A stretch of 63,814 bases of DNA, filler included, from a bacterium (GCA_027063545.1; 14 parts of 14 records of this genome joined end to end with filler, not necessarily neighbours in it), one strand, 5' to 3'. Counted from the first letter of the whole stretch, positions 1-9,589 are shown. A program made the numbers and translations. Notes: generated from the letters alone by a model not told the origin.

Positions 1-409
1 ACATATTAAACAATACTTCCCCAATACTGCTAATATAAATTACAGAAAATGGAAAGTTGCTTTTTAACAAAGTAGTTTTATTTTTTCGTATAGACTTCAT
101 AGTAGCAACAATAAGTTCACTCATTAACAACCAAGTAATAAGACCAATAGCAATATAAAAAATATGAGGTATATTGTTGTCAGCTTTAAATGCTTTTATA
201 GTTGCTAAAAGTATATACAGACTCATAGGAATTATTGGCAAAATTATAGACCACACCATACCAAAAGTTTCTTTTTGATATTTTGACTTTATTTCACTAT
301 AAATACTACTTATAATATACTTTTTATATGAGAAAATTTGAGCAAAAAAAAGCTTTAAAGCCTCAATGATACTTAATTCACAACGATAATTTCTACTATA
401 AATTTGCAT
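1..409 (-). CDS. wzm: ABC-2 polysaccharide export permease (Wzm/KpsM/TagG-like), 3' truncated by window edge
   Basis: Not in the ORF track. ATG at 409 gives MQIYSRNY...EIKSKYQKETFGMVWSIILPIIPMSLYILL...FYIAIGLITWLLMSE, matching the Wzm K-x-x-Y-x(4)-G-x-x-W-x-x-x-x-P pattern. Overlaps the stop of the upstream gene. Confidence 0.8.
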   Translation of the reverse strand, partial: MQIYSRNYRCELSIIEALKLFFAQIFSYKKYIISSIYSEIKSKYQKETFGMVWSIILPIIPMSLYILLATIKAFKADNNIPHIFYIAIGLITWLLMSELIVATMKSIRKNKTTLLKSNFPFSVIYISSIGEVLFNM

Positions 410-1652
410 CTATACCCTTTTTTGAAATAATCTCTTGAACTTTTTTATTACATTGAGCTACTACCTGGCTAAACCTTTTCATTTTATCTGATATTAATTC
501 CTTTTTTATACTATGAGTTATATCTATATCTTTAACATTATCATTAATCAATGTCGAAATTGACAATAAAGGCAAAGTTTCCACATCATACGAGTTTTTA
601 TTGACAAGAACAATATAGTTTAATTTATGATACACTAGAAGAGATATAATTGATGAATTATCAGTAATAATCAAATCATAATTAGTATATCCATTAAAAT
701 CATTCACAATCATTGTTTTATCTTTTAACTTAGAATAAAGAAAACTATACTTATCTAGATAGATGGTAATACCACTAAATTCTTCTTTAATAGCATTAAC
801 ATATGATATATATTCCGGTTTTTTAATACCTGTCGAAGGATGTGGCTTAAAAGATATTTTTAAATTATTATTTATTTGTATTAGCTGTTTAAGAATTTTT
901 AAACCAAAATTATTTTTAAGAGATGAATACTCTTGTTCATTTTCAACACCTTCCCATGTAGGTGCATATAAAATGTTTTTTATATCACAAATATCATTAA
1001 TGGATTTTTTTTTCATTTCTTCTTTTTTCAAGTAAGGCATACCTATCTTTATTACTTTGCCATTATAAATATCACATCTATTTATAATGTTATATATTTG
1101 TAAACGTTTTATAGCTATATCACCCGCAACAAAGATATAATCATATATTTTTATCATTGGATTAACAGATGCTAACTTATCACTCTCACCATGTCCTATC
1201 CATATATGTTTAAATGCTCTATTTTTTACTAAAACGGGGTTTGTATATGAATTAAAAAGATAAAAAATAAACTTAATTTTAAACGAAGATATATCTATAT
1301 TCTTAAGCACTGTATAAATATAAAAACTGTATCCATTTTGTTCTAAATACTCTATAATCTCCAAGATGTTTTTTGAATACTTTCTAACAATGATAATAGT
1401 ATTGTTTTTATCAAAAAAAGAATTAATAAACCATTTTTCCAATTGTAAAAGAGAAGATACATCTTCATTATCGATATATATAGCATATTCAAAAGTTTTT
1501 TTAATATTAGAGGAATTAATATATAGATATTTTCCAAATAACCTATAATTTTTGCTATCCTCTACTTTAATTACGGGAGCTAAAAAAGACTTGTATATTA
1601 AACTATCTTTATTAGACAAACAACTCTTTATTTTACCTATAATTTTAAACAT
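396..1652 (-). CDS. CDP-glycerol/ribitol glycerophosphotransferase-family (TagF-like) protein
   Basis: Motifs KHIWIGHGESDK, ILYAPTWEG, FKPHP and LIITDNSS; lies in an operon with a CDP-ribitol enzyme and Wzm. Confidence 0.75.
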   Translation of the reverse strand: MFKIIGKIKSCLSNKDSLIYKSFLAPVIKVEDSKNYRLFGKYLYINSSNIKKTFEYAIYIDNEDVSSLLQLEKWFINSFFDKNNTIIIVRKYSKNILEIIEYLEQNGYSFYIYTVLKNIDISSFKIKFIFYLFNSYTNPVLVKNRAFKHIWIGHGESDKLASVNPMIKIYDYIFVAGDIAIKRLQIYNIINRCDIYNGKVIKIGMPYLKKEEMKKKSINDICDIKNILYAPTWEGVENEQEYSSLKNNFGLKILKQLIQINNNLKISFKPHPSTGIKKPEYISYVNAIKEEFSGITIYLDKYSFLYSKLKDKTMIVNDFNGYTNYDLIITDNSSIISLLVYHKLNYIVLVNKNSYDVETLPLLSISTLINDNVKDIDITHSIKKELISDKMKRFSQVVAQCNKKVQEIISKKGIDANL

Positions 1653-2592
1653 TTATTATCTCTTTTAAAAAAGAATTTTGTAAAGTGGAATCTATATCTA
1701 TATAGTAATCTAAAACATCATTTCTGTTACTTTTTAATCTGTCATCTATTTCTATTTTAGATAAAATATCCTTACATTGTTCACACGATGTAAAAAAGTA
1801 AATACCCTCAGCAAAATATTTATCATATTTTTCTATAAATAGTTCCTTCGTACCAAAAATAAGAATAGGAACATTATATACGAACATATTATACAAAAAA
1901 GAATCTATGTCCGTTATAAGACATTGAATCTCTTCATCTTGAATTTCTCTATCTAAAAATAAAACATAGTCTTTTTTAAGCCATGGTATAAGTTTATTCA
2001 TAATAGCTGAAAGAGATTGAGGATTATTATGTTTAATTTCATAAGAGATTTGTACCTTTTTAAGAGGTGACACATCCTTTTTCTTGCTTTTATCTATAAT
2101 ATGTTTAAAAAAAGGTTTTCCAATTATCTTTATATTAAGATGTCCTAGGTCTTCAAAAAAATTTTCAAATTTATCTAACATATATTTTCCAGATACCCAA
2201 ATCTCATCATAAGCTCGATAAGATTTACTTAATTTAAAAGTCTGCTCAAAATTTTTACTTCCTATAAATATATGCTTTGGCTCTATAAAACGAAGTAAAT
2301 GAATATTTTTTTCTCTATTTGATGGATATAAGATCGCTTTAACATTGGGATGAGATTTGATAACTTTTTCTACATCTATAGGAGCTTTTGCATAACATAT
2401 TTGAAGATCAGGATATTCACTTGTTAGCCTATAATAATTTTTTTTATCTCTTAAAAGTATAGTAAAAGGCATGTTTAATTCAATTAATGCAGGTAACCAA
2501 TATATAATATGATTATAAGAAAGTTTAATGTCTGAAGCATGTAAAATTATAGTTGTATTTTTATCTTTTAATTTTGAAATATTCAAACTCAT
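1645..2592 (-). CDS. TagF-like paralog with degenerate motifs
   Basis: N-half aligns with its neighbours (LYPSN..NIHLL..KHIFIG, YRAYDEIWVSG), but HGxSDK is replaced by SKNFEQ and the PTWEG and KxHP motifs are absent. Confidence 0.6.
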   Translation of the reverse strand: MSLNISKLKDKNTTIILHASDIKLSYNHIIYWLPALIELNMPFTILLRDKKNYYRLTSEYPDLQICYAKAPIDVEKVIKSHPNVKAILYPSNREKNIHLLRFIEPKHIFIGSKNFEQTFKLSKSYRAYDEIWVSGKYMLDKFENFFEDLGHLNIKIIGKPFFKHIIDKSKKKDVSPLKKVQISYEIKHNNPQSLSAIMNKLIPWLKKDYVLFLDREIQDEEIQCLITDIDSFLYNMFVYNVPILIFGTKELFIEKYDKYFAEGIYFFTSCEQCKDILSKIEIDDRLKSNRNDVLDYYIDIDSTLQNSFLKEIINV

Positions 2593-2595
2593 TTT

Positions 2596-3825
2596 TTATG
2601 CCTTTTTTAATCTATCTACAAATTTATCTGCTAAAGTTTCTTTTTTTCCTAAAATATACTCCATTGCTTCTTCTCTTTTTTCTTTTAGATAGTCTCTTTT
2701 ATTTATAATCACTTCTTCTATTTTTTGATTCAATTCATCTAAATTTGAAAAAGTATAGCAATAATCTTCATACATCATTTTACTTTTTGTTAGTTTTATG
2801 TTTTTATCTTTTGGAATATATACAAAAATAGGAGCATTTGCAGCAAGAGACTCTGAAACAACTGCTGAAATATCACAAATAAAGACATTTGACTTTTTAA
2901 TTATTTCTTCTACTGGCACAGTTTTGTCATATAAATTATATTTAATATTTGATTGCGATAAAATTTTATTTAAATGATTATTTATTTTTGACAGGTTTAC
3001 ATCTCTTCTTCCTACCCATGGATGAAGTTTAATACCAATTGTATTAAAAATATTTTTATCTTTTATATCTTCAAAAAAACTATCCATAAAATAAACTGAA
3101 GTATAATTTTGTTCTTCATACACCCCTTCCCAAGTAGACAAATAAAGAAGATTTAAATTACCATTAAATCTATCTTGCCAAGAAATTTGAGAGATTAAAA
3201 GTGTTTCTTTTAAATTTGGTCTTCCGACTTTTACTTGCTTTAAACCCCTAAAATCAAATCCTGCGTTTCTAAATCTATCTATATGAGCTTCACCCGCTAC
3301 CCAGTTTTCATCATATACTCTAAAATATTTATGAGCACTTGCAGTTTTATCGCTATCTCCATGTCCTATAAAAATATGCTTTAATTCACTAAAATTTAAT
3401 AAATGAAGATTATTGCCAGTATTTGAAGGATAAAAACAAACTTTTAAAAAGTTTAATCGAGATACTATGAGTTCTATATCACTTTTTCTTCTAGCTAAAA
3501 TTATATTTTCCTCTGGATATTTTTTGATTAATGTAGTATATAAGTCAAAATTTCTTACTAACACTAAAAAATCAATATTAGATTTTTTAAAATGGGGTAG
3601 CCATAAATCAATATGACTTAAACCTGTAACATTTTCACCAGTATGAAGTATATATCTGATTTTTTTATATAAGTCAGCATTAATTATTAAATTTTTTTTA
3701 CTCTTACTAGTGAATTTTTGTTTAATTGAATAAAAAAGTTTTTCTCTTATTTTATGGATAAATTCAGTAAAAGTCATTTCTCTTCTGGCAAGTTTACCTA
3801 TAGTAATAAAAACTTTTTTCAACAT
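2596..3825 (-). CDS. CDP-glycerol/ribitol glycerophosphotransferase-family (TagF-like) protein
   Basis: Motifs KHIFIGHGDSDK, VGRP, LLYLSTWEG, IKLHP and FICDISAV. Confidence 0.8.
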   Translation of the reverse strand: MLKKVFITIGKLARREMTFTEFIHKIREKLFYSIKQKFTSKSKKNLIINADLYKKIRYILHTGENVTGLSHIDLWLPHFKKSNIDFLVLVRNFDLYTTLIKKYPEENIILARRKSDIELIVSRLNFLKVCFYPSNTGNNLHLLNFSELKHIFIGHGDSDKTASAHKYFRVYDENWVAGEAHIDRFRNAGFDFRGLKQVKVGRPNLKETLLISQISWQDRFNGNLNLLYLSTWEGVYEEQNYTSVYFMDSFFEDIKDKNIFNTIGIKLHPWVGRRDVNLSKINNHLNKILSQSNIKYNLYDKTVPVEEIIKKSNVFICDISAVVSESLAANAPIFVYIPKDKNIKLTKSKMMYEDYCYTFSNLDELNQKIEEVIINKRDYLKEKREEAMEYILGKKETLADKFVDRLKKA

Positions 3826-3826
3826 A

Positions 3827-4708
3827 TTAATTGACCTTTTGGATCTTCACATCTATTATCTGTCCTGTCATATCACTTAAAATAGTGTTAATAGATGCAT
3901 AGGCTACTTCCTGTGAACTTAAAAGTGTTTTTGGATCTTCTTTACCAAAATTACTTGTACGCATGGGAGTTGCTGTCCTTTCTGGATTAATACAATTGAT
4001 ATGAATATTTTTATAAATCAATTCTTCACCTAATGCTTGTGTCAAATTAACAATAGCAGCTTTCGTTGAACTGTATAAAGAATAATTAGCTCTACCTCTT
4101 GTATAAGAACTTGAAGTAAAATTCAAAAGATGTCCTGAAGTTTTTTCAAGATATCCCAATGATTCTTTTGCCACATTAACTGCTCCTAAATAATTAACAT
4201 TTAATATATCTAAAATTTGATCATACTGAGTATGTGCCAATGGTTCTTTTATAAGTATAGAAGCTGTATTAACTACAAAATCAATCTTACCCTCTTTTTG
4301 AAAAACATACTTTAAATCCCGTTGAATATCAGAGCGAGAAGAGACATCTGTATTTGACAAACTTCTACTAAATAAGTACACTTTTGCACTATACTTTTTG
4401 GCAATATCTCCTATATCTTTACCTATGCCATATGCTCCACCAAAAATAACTAAAACTTTACTGTGTAATTTTTCTTCATAATATTGATCACTATATTTTC
4501 CATTCAGATTAGTCTTTCTTAATTGAAACAGTTTATCTGCAATAAAAATATCTTGGCTATGTGTAACTTTAATGTTATCAATACTTCCCTGTACAACATA
4601 TATAGGCTCATCAGGAAGATATTTTTTAACTATTCCACAGTCATCTGTTGGTTTAAAATCTTGGTCTTTACTAGCAATATCATACGCTTTTTTAATAGTA
4701 GATAACTT
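3827..4708 (-). CDS. Bifunctional CDP-ribitol pyrophosphorylase / ribulose-5-phosphate reductase (Bcs1-like IspD/TarI-SDR fusion), 5' truncated
   Basis: The frame stays open upstream of the listed ORF to the contig end: IspD-like PTDDCGIV and NIKVTHSQD, followed by SDR motifs FGGAYGIG, YSSTK and INPERTATPMR. Confidence 0.85.
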   Translation of the reverse strand, partial: KLSTIKKAYDIASKDQDFKPTDDCGIVKKYLPDEPIYVVQGSIDNIKVTHSQDIFIADKLFQLRKTNLNGKYSDQYYEEKLHSKVLVIFGGAYGIGKDIGDIAKKYSAKVYLFSRSLSNTDVSSRSDIQRDLKYVFQKEGKIDFVVNTASILIKEPLAHTQYDQILDILNVNYLGAVNVAKESLGYLEKTSGHLLNFTSSSYTRGRANYSLYSSTKAAIVNLTQALGEELIYKNIHINCINPERTATPMRTSNFGKEDPKTLLSSQEVAYASINTILSDMTGQIIDVKIQKVN

Positions 4709-4710
4709 AA

Positions 4711-4810
4711 NNNNNNNNNNNNNNNNNNNNNNNNNNNNNNNNNNNNNNNNNNNNTTAATTAATTAANNNNNNNNNNNNNNNNNNNNNNNNNNNNNNNNNN
4801 NNNNNNNNNN
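4711..4810. other. Artificial contig spacer (N44-TTAATTAATTAA-N44); first of 13
   Basis: Identical 100-nt spacers with a six-frame stop linker at 4711-4810, 9490-9589, 14268-14367, 19027-19126, 23761-23860, 28476-28575, 33124-33223, 37745-37844, 42338-42437, 46925-47024, 51510-51609, 54809-54908 and 59338-59437. Confidence 0.99.
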
Positions 4811-6126
4811 TAGATTTTAAATCTTATATAAAACTTTCCTGCAATCATCGGTTTAATATATAAAAAACTACCTAAAGAATCTGATATTAACTTTACTATA
4901 CTATCTCCTTCAACTGACTTTACTATAATATCATACTTATTCCATATAGATTCCTTCCATTTATATACTTTATACTGCATAAGTGTATCCATTGGTAAAA
5001 CTATATCAGTGATTCTCTTTCGCTTTTCTTCCTTTCTTATCTTTATTGGAAATTTTATATAACTCGTATCTCCATGGGGATCTACAGCATATATATCTAT
5101 AGGTACACTCCAAATAAATTCTCTATTTAAAACATTATAAGATATACCAAGCGGTAAAAGTCTAGAAAAAGTAAATACATCCTCAGATTTATCATCAGGA
5201 TCTTCTATATAAACTCTTAATTTAAAAAGCTCTCCAGGATGAGCTACTATATTTGAAGGAATACCTATAATTGGTGGTTTATCTTTAACTACTTTAAAAT
5301 TATATATAGCTGTATCACTCATTTTATCAGCATTTTCTGCTACAACAATAATGCTAAAAATACCTTCCTGAAGAAATTTTCCTTTAATACTATGGGTTTC
5401 TTCTTCCCAATATAATCCATTGGGTAATTCTGATATCAAATAATACTTTAAATCTTTTGAAGGATTATAAGGATCTACAGCCCATATTTGAAAATCTATA
5501 CTATCATTTAAAAAGAAAATAGAATCATATAACTCAGAAATAATCTCTGGAGTACCTATTTTTTTTGGTGGTTTTGGTTTTTGTTTAGTTACACGTGAAT
5601 ATTTTAGTCTTTTTAAAAAAGAAGATGGAGCAATAAGTTTCATATATTTCCCCGAAAACTCTAAAATAATCTTATCTTTATATGGAGCTCCTCCGAAGTA
5701 ATCTTCAAATATTTTTAATATCTCTCCTCCTATAAGATATCCCTTTCTTTCAGATGTTGTTCTTACAATTTTACTTCTTTTTTTCCATATCCTACTTTTG
5801 GCTTTAGCTTTTAATATAACTATCTTCTCTGTTTTTAATGTCTTTAAAGCTCCTATATCTTTTAAAGTCTGCCAAACATCATCTGTAATTAAAACAGCTT
5901 TATTTCTAAAACGAATTATATCCCCTTTTGATATACCTTTTCTTACATCAGAAATTATTATAACAGGCTTTCCTATAGCGTTAAATCTTGTTTGTAACTC
6001 TCTTGAGATTCTTTTATTATTTATAATTACTACACCAAAATAATCTATAGGTGGTTTATACTTTGCATATAGATTAGAAAAAACAAAAACTATAAGAATA
6101 AAAATACTTAATAGCTTATTTTTCAT
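4811..6126 (-). CDS. Secreted putative Ig (He_PIG/cadherin-like) repeat protein, 3' truncated
   Basis: Signal peptide, ~170-aa unknown domain, KQKPKPPKK linker, then Ig-like repeats (AVDP..LPNGLYW..IKGK; IEDPD..LPLGISYN..FIW). Confidence 0.65.
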
Positions 6127-6652
6127 GTTTTCTTATACATTCTCTATATTTATTTTCCCATTCTTTTAGTTTTTTGTCAGGAATATAAACTAATTTTGTA
6201 TTATATATAAACCAGTCATCTTCATCATATGACCATTTTATATTACCAAATTTATAACTAACAGTTTGGTATCCTTCTACAAATATAGCACAAAATTTCT
6301 TTTTTTTAGGATTATGTAAAATTATTGTCATACTACTATCTTGTAGTAAAATTTCTACATAAATATCATTTACGTCCTTCCAATATTTAGCACTTACAAC
6401 TTCATCTTCATATATATCAAAAGTACTAAAATAATATTGAGCTTTAGAGTCAATTTTTTTATAGTCAAATAAAAAAGTCTCTCGATCTTTCCAGAACTTA
6501 TCATATTTTGCTTTTTCCAACTTCATTTTATCAATATTTACAAGTGGAATAAGAAAAATTACAAATAAAGTAAATATAACAACCATTATAGACAAAGCAT
6601 CTTCCAAAGAAATTGCATTACCTAGATCTCTTTTAGGTATCTGTCTTCTCAT
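6116..6652 (-). CDS. Single-TM ExbD/MotB-like partner with an unknown periplasmic domain
   Basis: AGGAG SD then ATG at 6652; basic N-terminus, then ISLEDALSIMVVIFTLFVIFLIPLV (acidic residues at the start of the TM); overlaps the MotA/ExbB-like gene. Confidence 0.55.
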   Translation of the reverse strand: MRRQIPKRDLGNAISLEDALSIMVVIFTLFVIFLIPLVNIDKMKLEKAKYDKFWKDRETFLFDYKKIDSKAQYYFSTFDIYEDEVVSAKYWKDVNDIYVEILLQDSSMTIILHNPKKKKFCAIFVEGYQTVSYKFGNIKWSYDEDDWFIYNTKLVYIPDKKLKEWENKYRECIRKHEK

Positions 6653-7691
6653 CAATATCTCCTATACTCTTTATTGTAGCATTTAATTTAGATGAAATAA
6701 AGCTTCTATAATCTTTTTCATATTCTATCAGTTTATTAACTTTATTATTTAATATTTCCTGAAATTTTACTATATTATCAACTGTTTTAGATAATTCATC
6801 AACTGCTTTTACCACTTTATTTAGATTTTCCTCAATTTTAGAGTTTACTAAAGTTTCTAGAGAAGTCGCTCTATCCTTAGATGTTATAATCCCTCTTTCT
6901 TTTAAAGAAGGTCTAAAATAAGCTATAGCCCATTCATCTAAAAAATTATTAGCCTCTTCTAAAGTTAAAGTAAATCTCTCCAATAGTTGTATTGTTAAAA
7001 GTTCTATAAAGATAGAAAATCCTGTAGCTATTAAAGTTGTAAATATTGCATATTGATCACCTTCTATTGCTCTTGCTATATCTTTTACAAATTTAAACTC
7101 TCCTTCACTTGATTGTAGAGACAAAATAGCAGACTTCATAGGAGGAAATGTTATTAAAAGCCCTATTAACGTTCCTAAAAATCCTAATTTTAATGTTGTT
7201 CTATTTATATTAATATGAGTTGATATAAGCTTATCATTTGCTTGATATCTCTTTATAGCAGCATTATCCATTATTGCTTCAAAAGATAAAGGTTCTCCTT
7301 GAAGGGCAAGATCAATCCATCTTATAATTAAATCCCTAACATGTCCTGGAGCTGCTTTTTCATAAAGAATTTCTTTTAATTTGGTTAAATCTTTTTCTGA
7401 TTCATTCTCTTTTAATATATATATTGTATTTCTAATTTTAGAGGCTGCATTATACAAGGTGATATACTGCTTTAAAGCAATAAGCTGTCCCACCGTAAAA
7501 AGTAAAACTATAGAGTCGATAAATGGATCCTTAAACCAATCTGCTCTCAAAAAAAACATCGCAATAATACCACATATTATAAATGGTATTGGCATAAGAG
7601 AGGCAAAAATTAATTTAATTTTCAAAGAATCTAATGTTTTAAGTGCTAAAATTAAAGGATAACGTTTATCAATTATTACTTTTTCACTCAT
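6633..7691 (-). CDS. MotA/TolQ/ExbB proton-channel family protein
   Basis: Two N-terminal TMs, then LGFLGTLIGLLITF and AIFTTLIATGFSI channel helices, and a C-terminal coiled-coil-like tail. Confidence 0.85.
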   Translation of the reverse strand: MSEKVIIDKRYPLILALKTLDSLKIKLIFASLMPIPFIICGIIAMFFLRADWFKDPFIDSIVLLFTVGQLIALKQYITLYNAASKIRNTIYILKENESEKDLTKLKEILYEKAAPGHVRDLIIRWIDLALQGEPLSFEAIMDNAAIKRYQANDKLISTHININRTTLKLGFLGTLIGLLITFPPMKSAILSLQSSEGEFKFVKDIARAIEGDQYAIFTTLIATGFSIFIELLTIQLLERFTLTLEEANNFLDEWAIAYFRPSLKERGIITSKDRATSLETLVNSKIEENLNKVVKAVDELSKTVDNIVKFQEILNNKVNKLIEYEKDYRSFISSKLNATIKSIGDIDEKTDT

Positions 7692-7716
7692 TTTTTCTCC
7701 CCTTTATTTATAGTCT

Positions 7717-8853
7717 CTAATATAAGTAAAACTCTGTTCCTATATAACTTCTAAAAAAATTCATATTTACTAGATCAAGCTGAAAAACTATCATATTATT
7801 AGCAATTTGTAATTTTTTACCTTTGATCCCTATAGACTTTAACGTAAAGTTTCCAACCCTCATATAAAAAGAGGGTATTATATTATCTCCAAATTTATAG
7901 TATCCTACCCCCCAAGTACCAAAGCCTGAAGGTAAATTGTCTAAAAAAACTCTGCTTATATTTGTTTTATACACATCCATATCTGAATAAGTAGTATAGG
8001 TAAAATAACCAAATTTAAAAGAAAAACTTGTTAGCCAATTACTTTTTAACGTTGTATCTGTTGAATTTTTATATAGTGATAAATAATCAGATTCTTTAGA
8101 TTCAAAAACAGCCTCCACATAGTTAGAATCAACAAAAAAGAAATCAGGGAGTTTATAGTTATAGTTGATTATCTTCATTTTAAACCAGTTAGTACCAAAT
8201 TGAAAGTACAATCCTTTATTATCAAGAAATGTATAAACACTATCAATATACTTTTCTGTCCCTCCATAATAATTTTTAAACTCTATTCCCATTCCCAAAT
8301 ATATAATATTATAAGATTTGAAAAATCCTATATCATTATATAAAAATCCTGTAATTATTTTATTTCTACCTATACCTGTAACAACACTCCATTTTAAATA
8401 ATATTCATCCCATTTACCCGTTTTTAATAGACCTTTTTTGGTAAATAACCTATTATCTAATAAATTAAAATTTGATACTTTTTGATTTATATTGCCCTGG
8501 GATATTTTATGTAATGTAAATAAATTAGGATATTTTTTTAATATTTTCTTTGTTTGTTCTTTATTGAGTCTTAAAATCTCTGTTCCATTATGTATTAAAA
8601 TTAAGCTCTCCTCTTCTTTATTAAAAAAGATATAATAATCGCCTTCTTTTTCCAATTCTTTTATTCTTAAACCTTTTATTTTATATAAATCTTTTATAAC
8701 CTTATTTTCTAAAATTTTTGATATAATAATAGATGAATCTGCTTCTATTTCTTTTTCTATTTCTTTAGCTATTGAAAAATTTTGAAAAAAGAAAAGAAAA
8801 ATAAATATTATAATAATAAAAGTTATAATAAAACATTCCTTTATTAATTTCAT
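7717..8853 (-). CDS. Hypothetical exported protein, possible C-terminal outer-membrane beta-barrel
   Basis: Signal peptide-like N-terminus (ATG at 8853); aromatic/Gly-rich amphipathic strands ending ...FRSYIGTEFYLY. Confidence 0.5.
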   Translation of the reverse strand: MKLIKECFIITFIIIIFIFLFFFQNFSIAKEIEKEIEADSSIIISKILENKVIKDLYKIKGLRIKELEKEGDYYIFFNKEEESLILIHNGTEILRLNKEQTKKILKKYPNLFTLHKISQGNINQKVSNFNLLDNRLFTKKGLLKTGKWDEYYLKWSVVTGIGRNKIITGFLYNDIGFFKSYNIIYLGMGIEFKNYYGGTEKYIDSVYTFLDNKGLYFQFGTNWFKMKIINYNYKLPDFFFVDSNYVEAVFESKESDYLSLYKNSTDTTLKSNWLTSFSFKFGYFTYTTYSDMDVYKTNISRVFLDNLPSGFGTWGVGYYKFGDNIIPSFYMRVGNFTLKSIGIKGKKLQIANNMIVFQLDLVNMNFFRSYIGTEFYLY

Positions 8854-8986
8854 AATAAATAACACAAAACTATAATAAAAATATTTTTTTGATCTTGCAA
8901 AAAATTAAAAAAATCTAGAGTATTATACAATATAAAAAATTATTTTTATCAAAAGTGTTACTTAAAAATTAAGGATATATAAAATT

Positions 8987-9489
8987 ATGGCTGAACCATT
9001 CAAAGAAGAAAAGTTTAAAAAACCTAATTTTTTTCAAAAGATATTTAAAATTCAACCTAAGGATAATGCTATAATTGAATTAAACAACAAACTCGCTCAA
9101 ATAGACAAAATAACTCAACTATCTCCTGAAGATATTGAAGAAATAAGCAGAAAATATGGCTTTAATATTTTAAAAAAAAGAAAAGAACTAATAGATTTAT
9201 TTTTTAAATATGTATATCATACAATAAAAGACAAAAAACTCACAGATGAAGAGATTGAAAATATAATCCATTTAAAATCTCTTTTTAATTTAAATGATAG
9301 AGATATAAAAAATGAGGCAAAATTTCTGTTTAAAGTAGCTGTTGATAAAGTATATAGAGATGATTACAAATTAGAAAAACATGAAAAAGAGCTTTTAGAT
9401 AAAATTGAAAAAATATTAAATCTTCCAGAAGATTATACTACATCAATAATAACAAATACTGTAACAAGTATCATAAGAAAGGAATATGA
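8987..9489 (+). CDS. Hypothetical helical protein with TerB-like repeats, 3' truncated
   Basis: Two related motifs, DKKLTDEEIENIIHLKSLFNL and DYKLEKHEKELLDKIEKILNL. Confidence 0.45.
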
Positions 9490-9589
9490 NNNNNNNNNNN
9501 NNNNNNNNNNNNNNNNNNNNNNNNNNNNNNNNNTTAATTAATTAANNNNNNNNNNNNNNNNNNNNNNNNNNNNNNNNNNNNNNNNNNNN

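Noticed and set aside
6116-7691. Zorya (ZorAB) anti-phage system or flagellar MotAB
   Set aside because: The partner lacks an OmpA-like domain, the tail is short, and no ZorC/D/E or flagellar genes are adjacent; kept as an unassigned motor-like pair.
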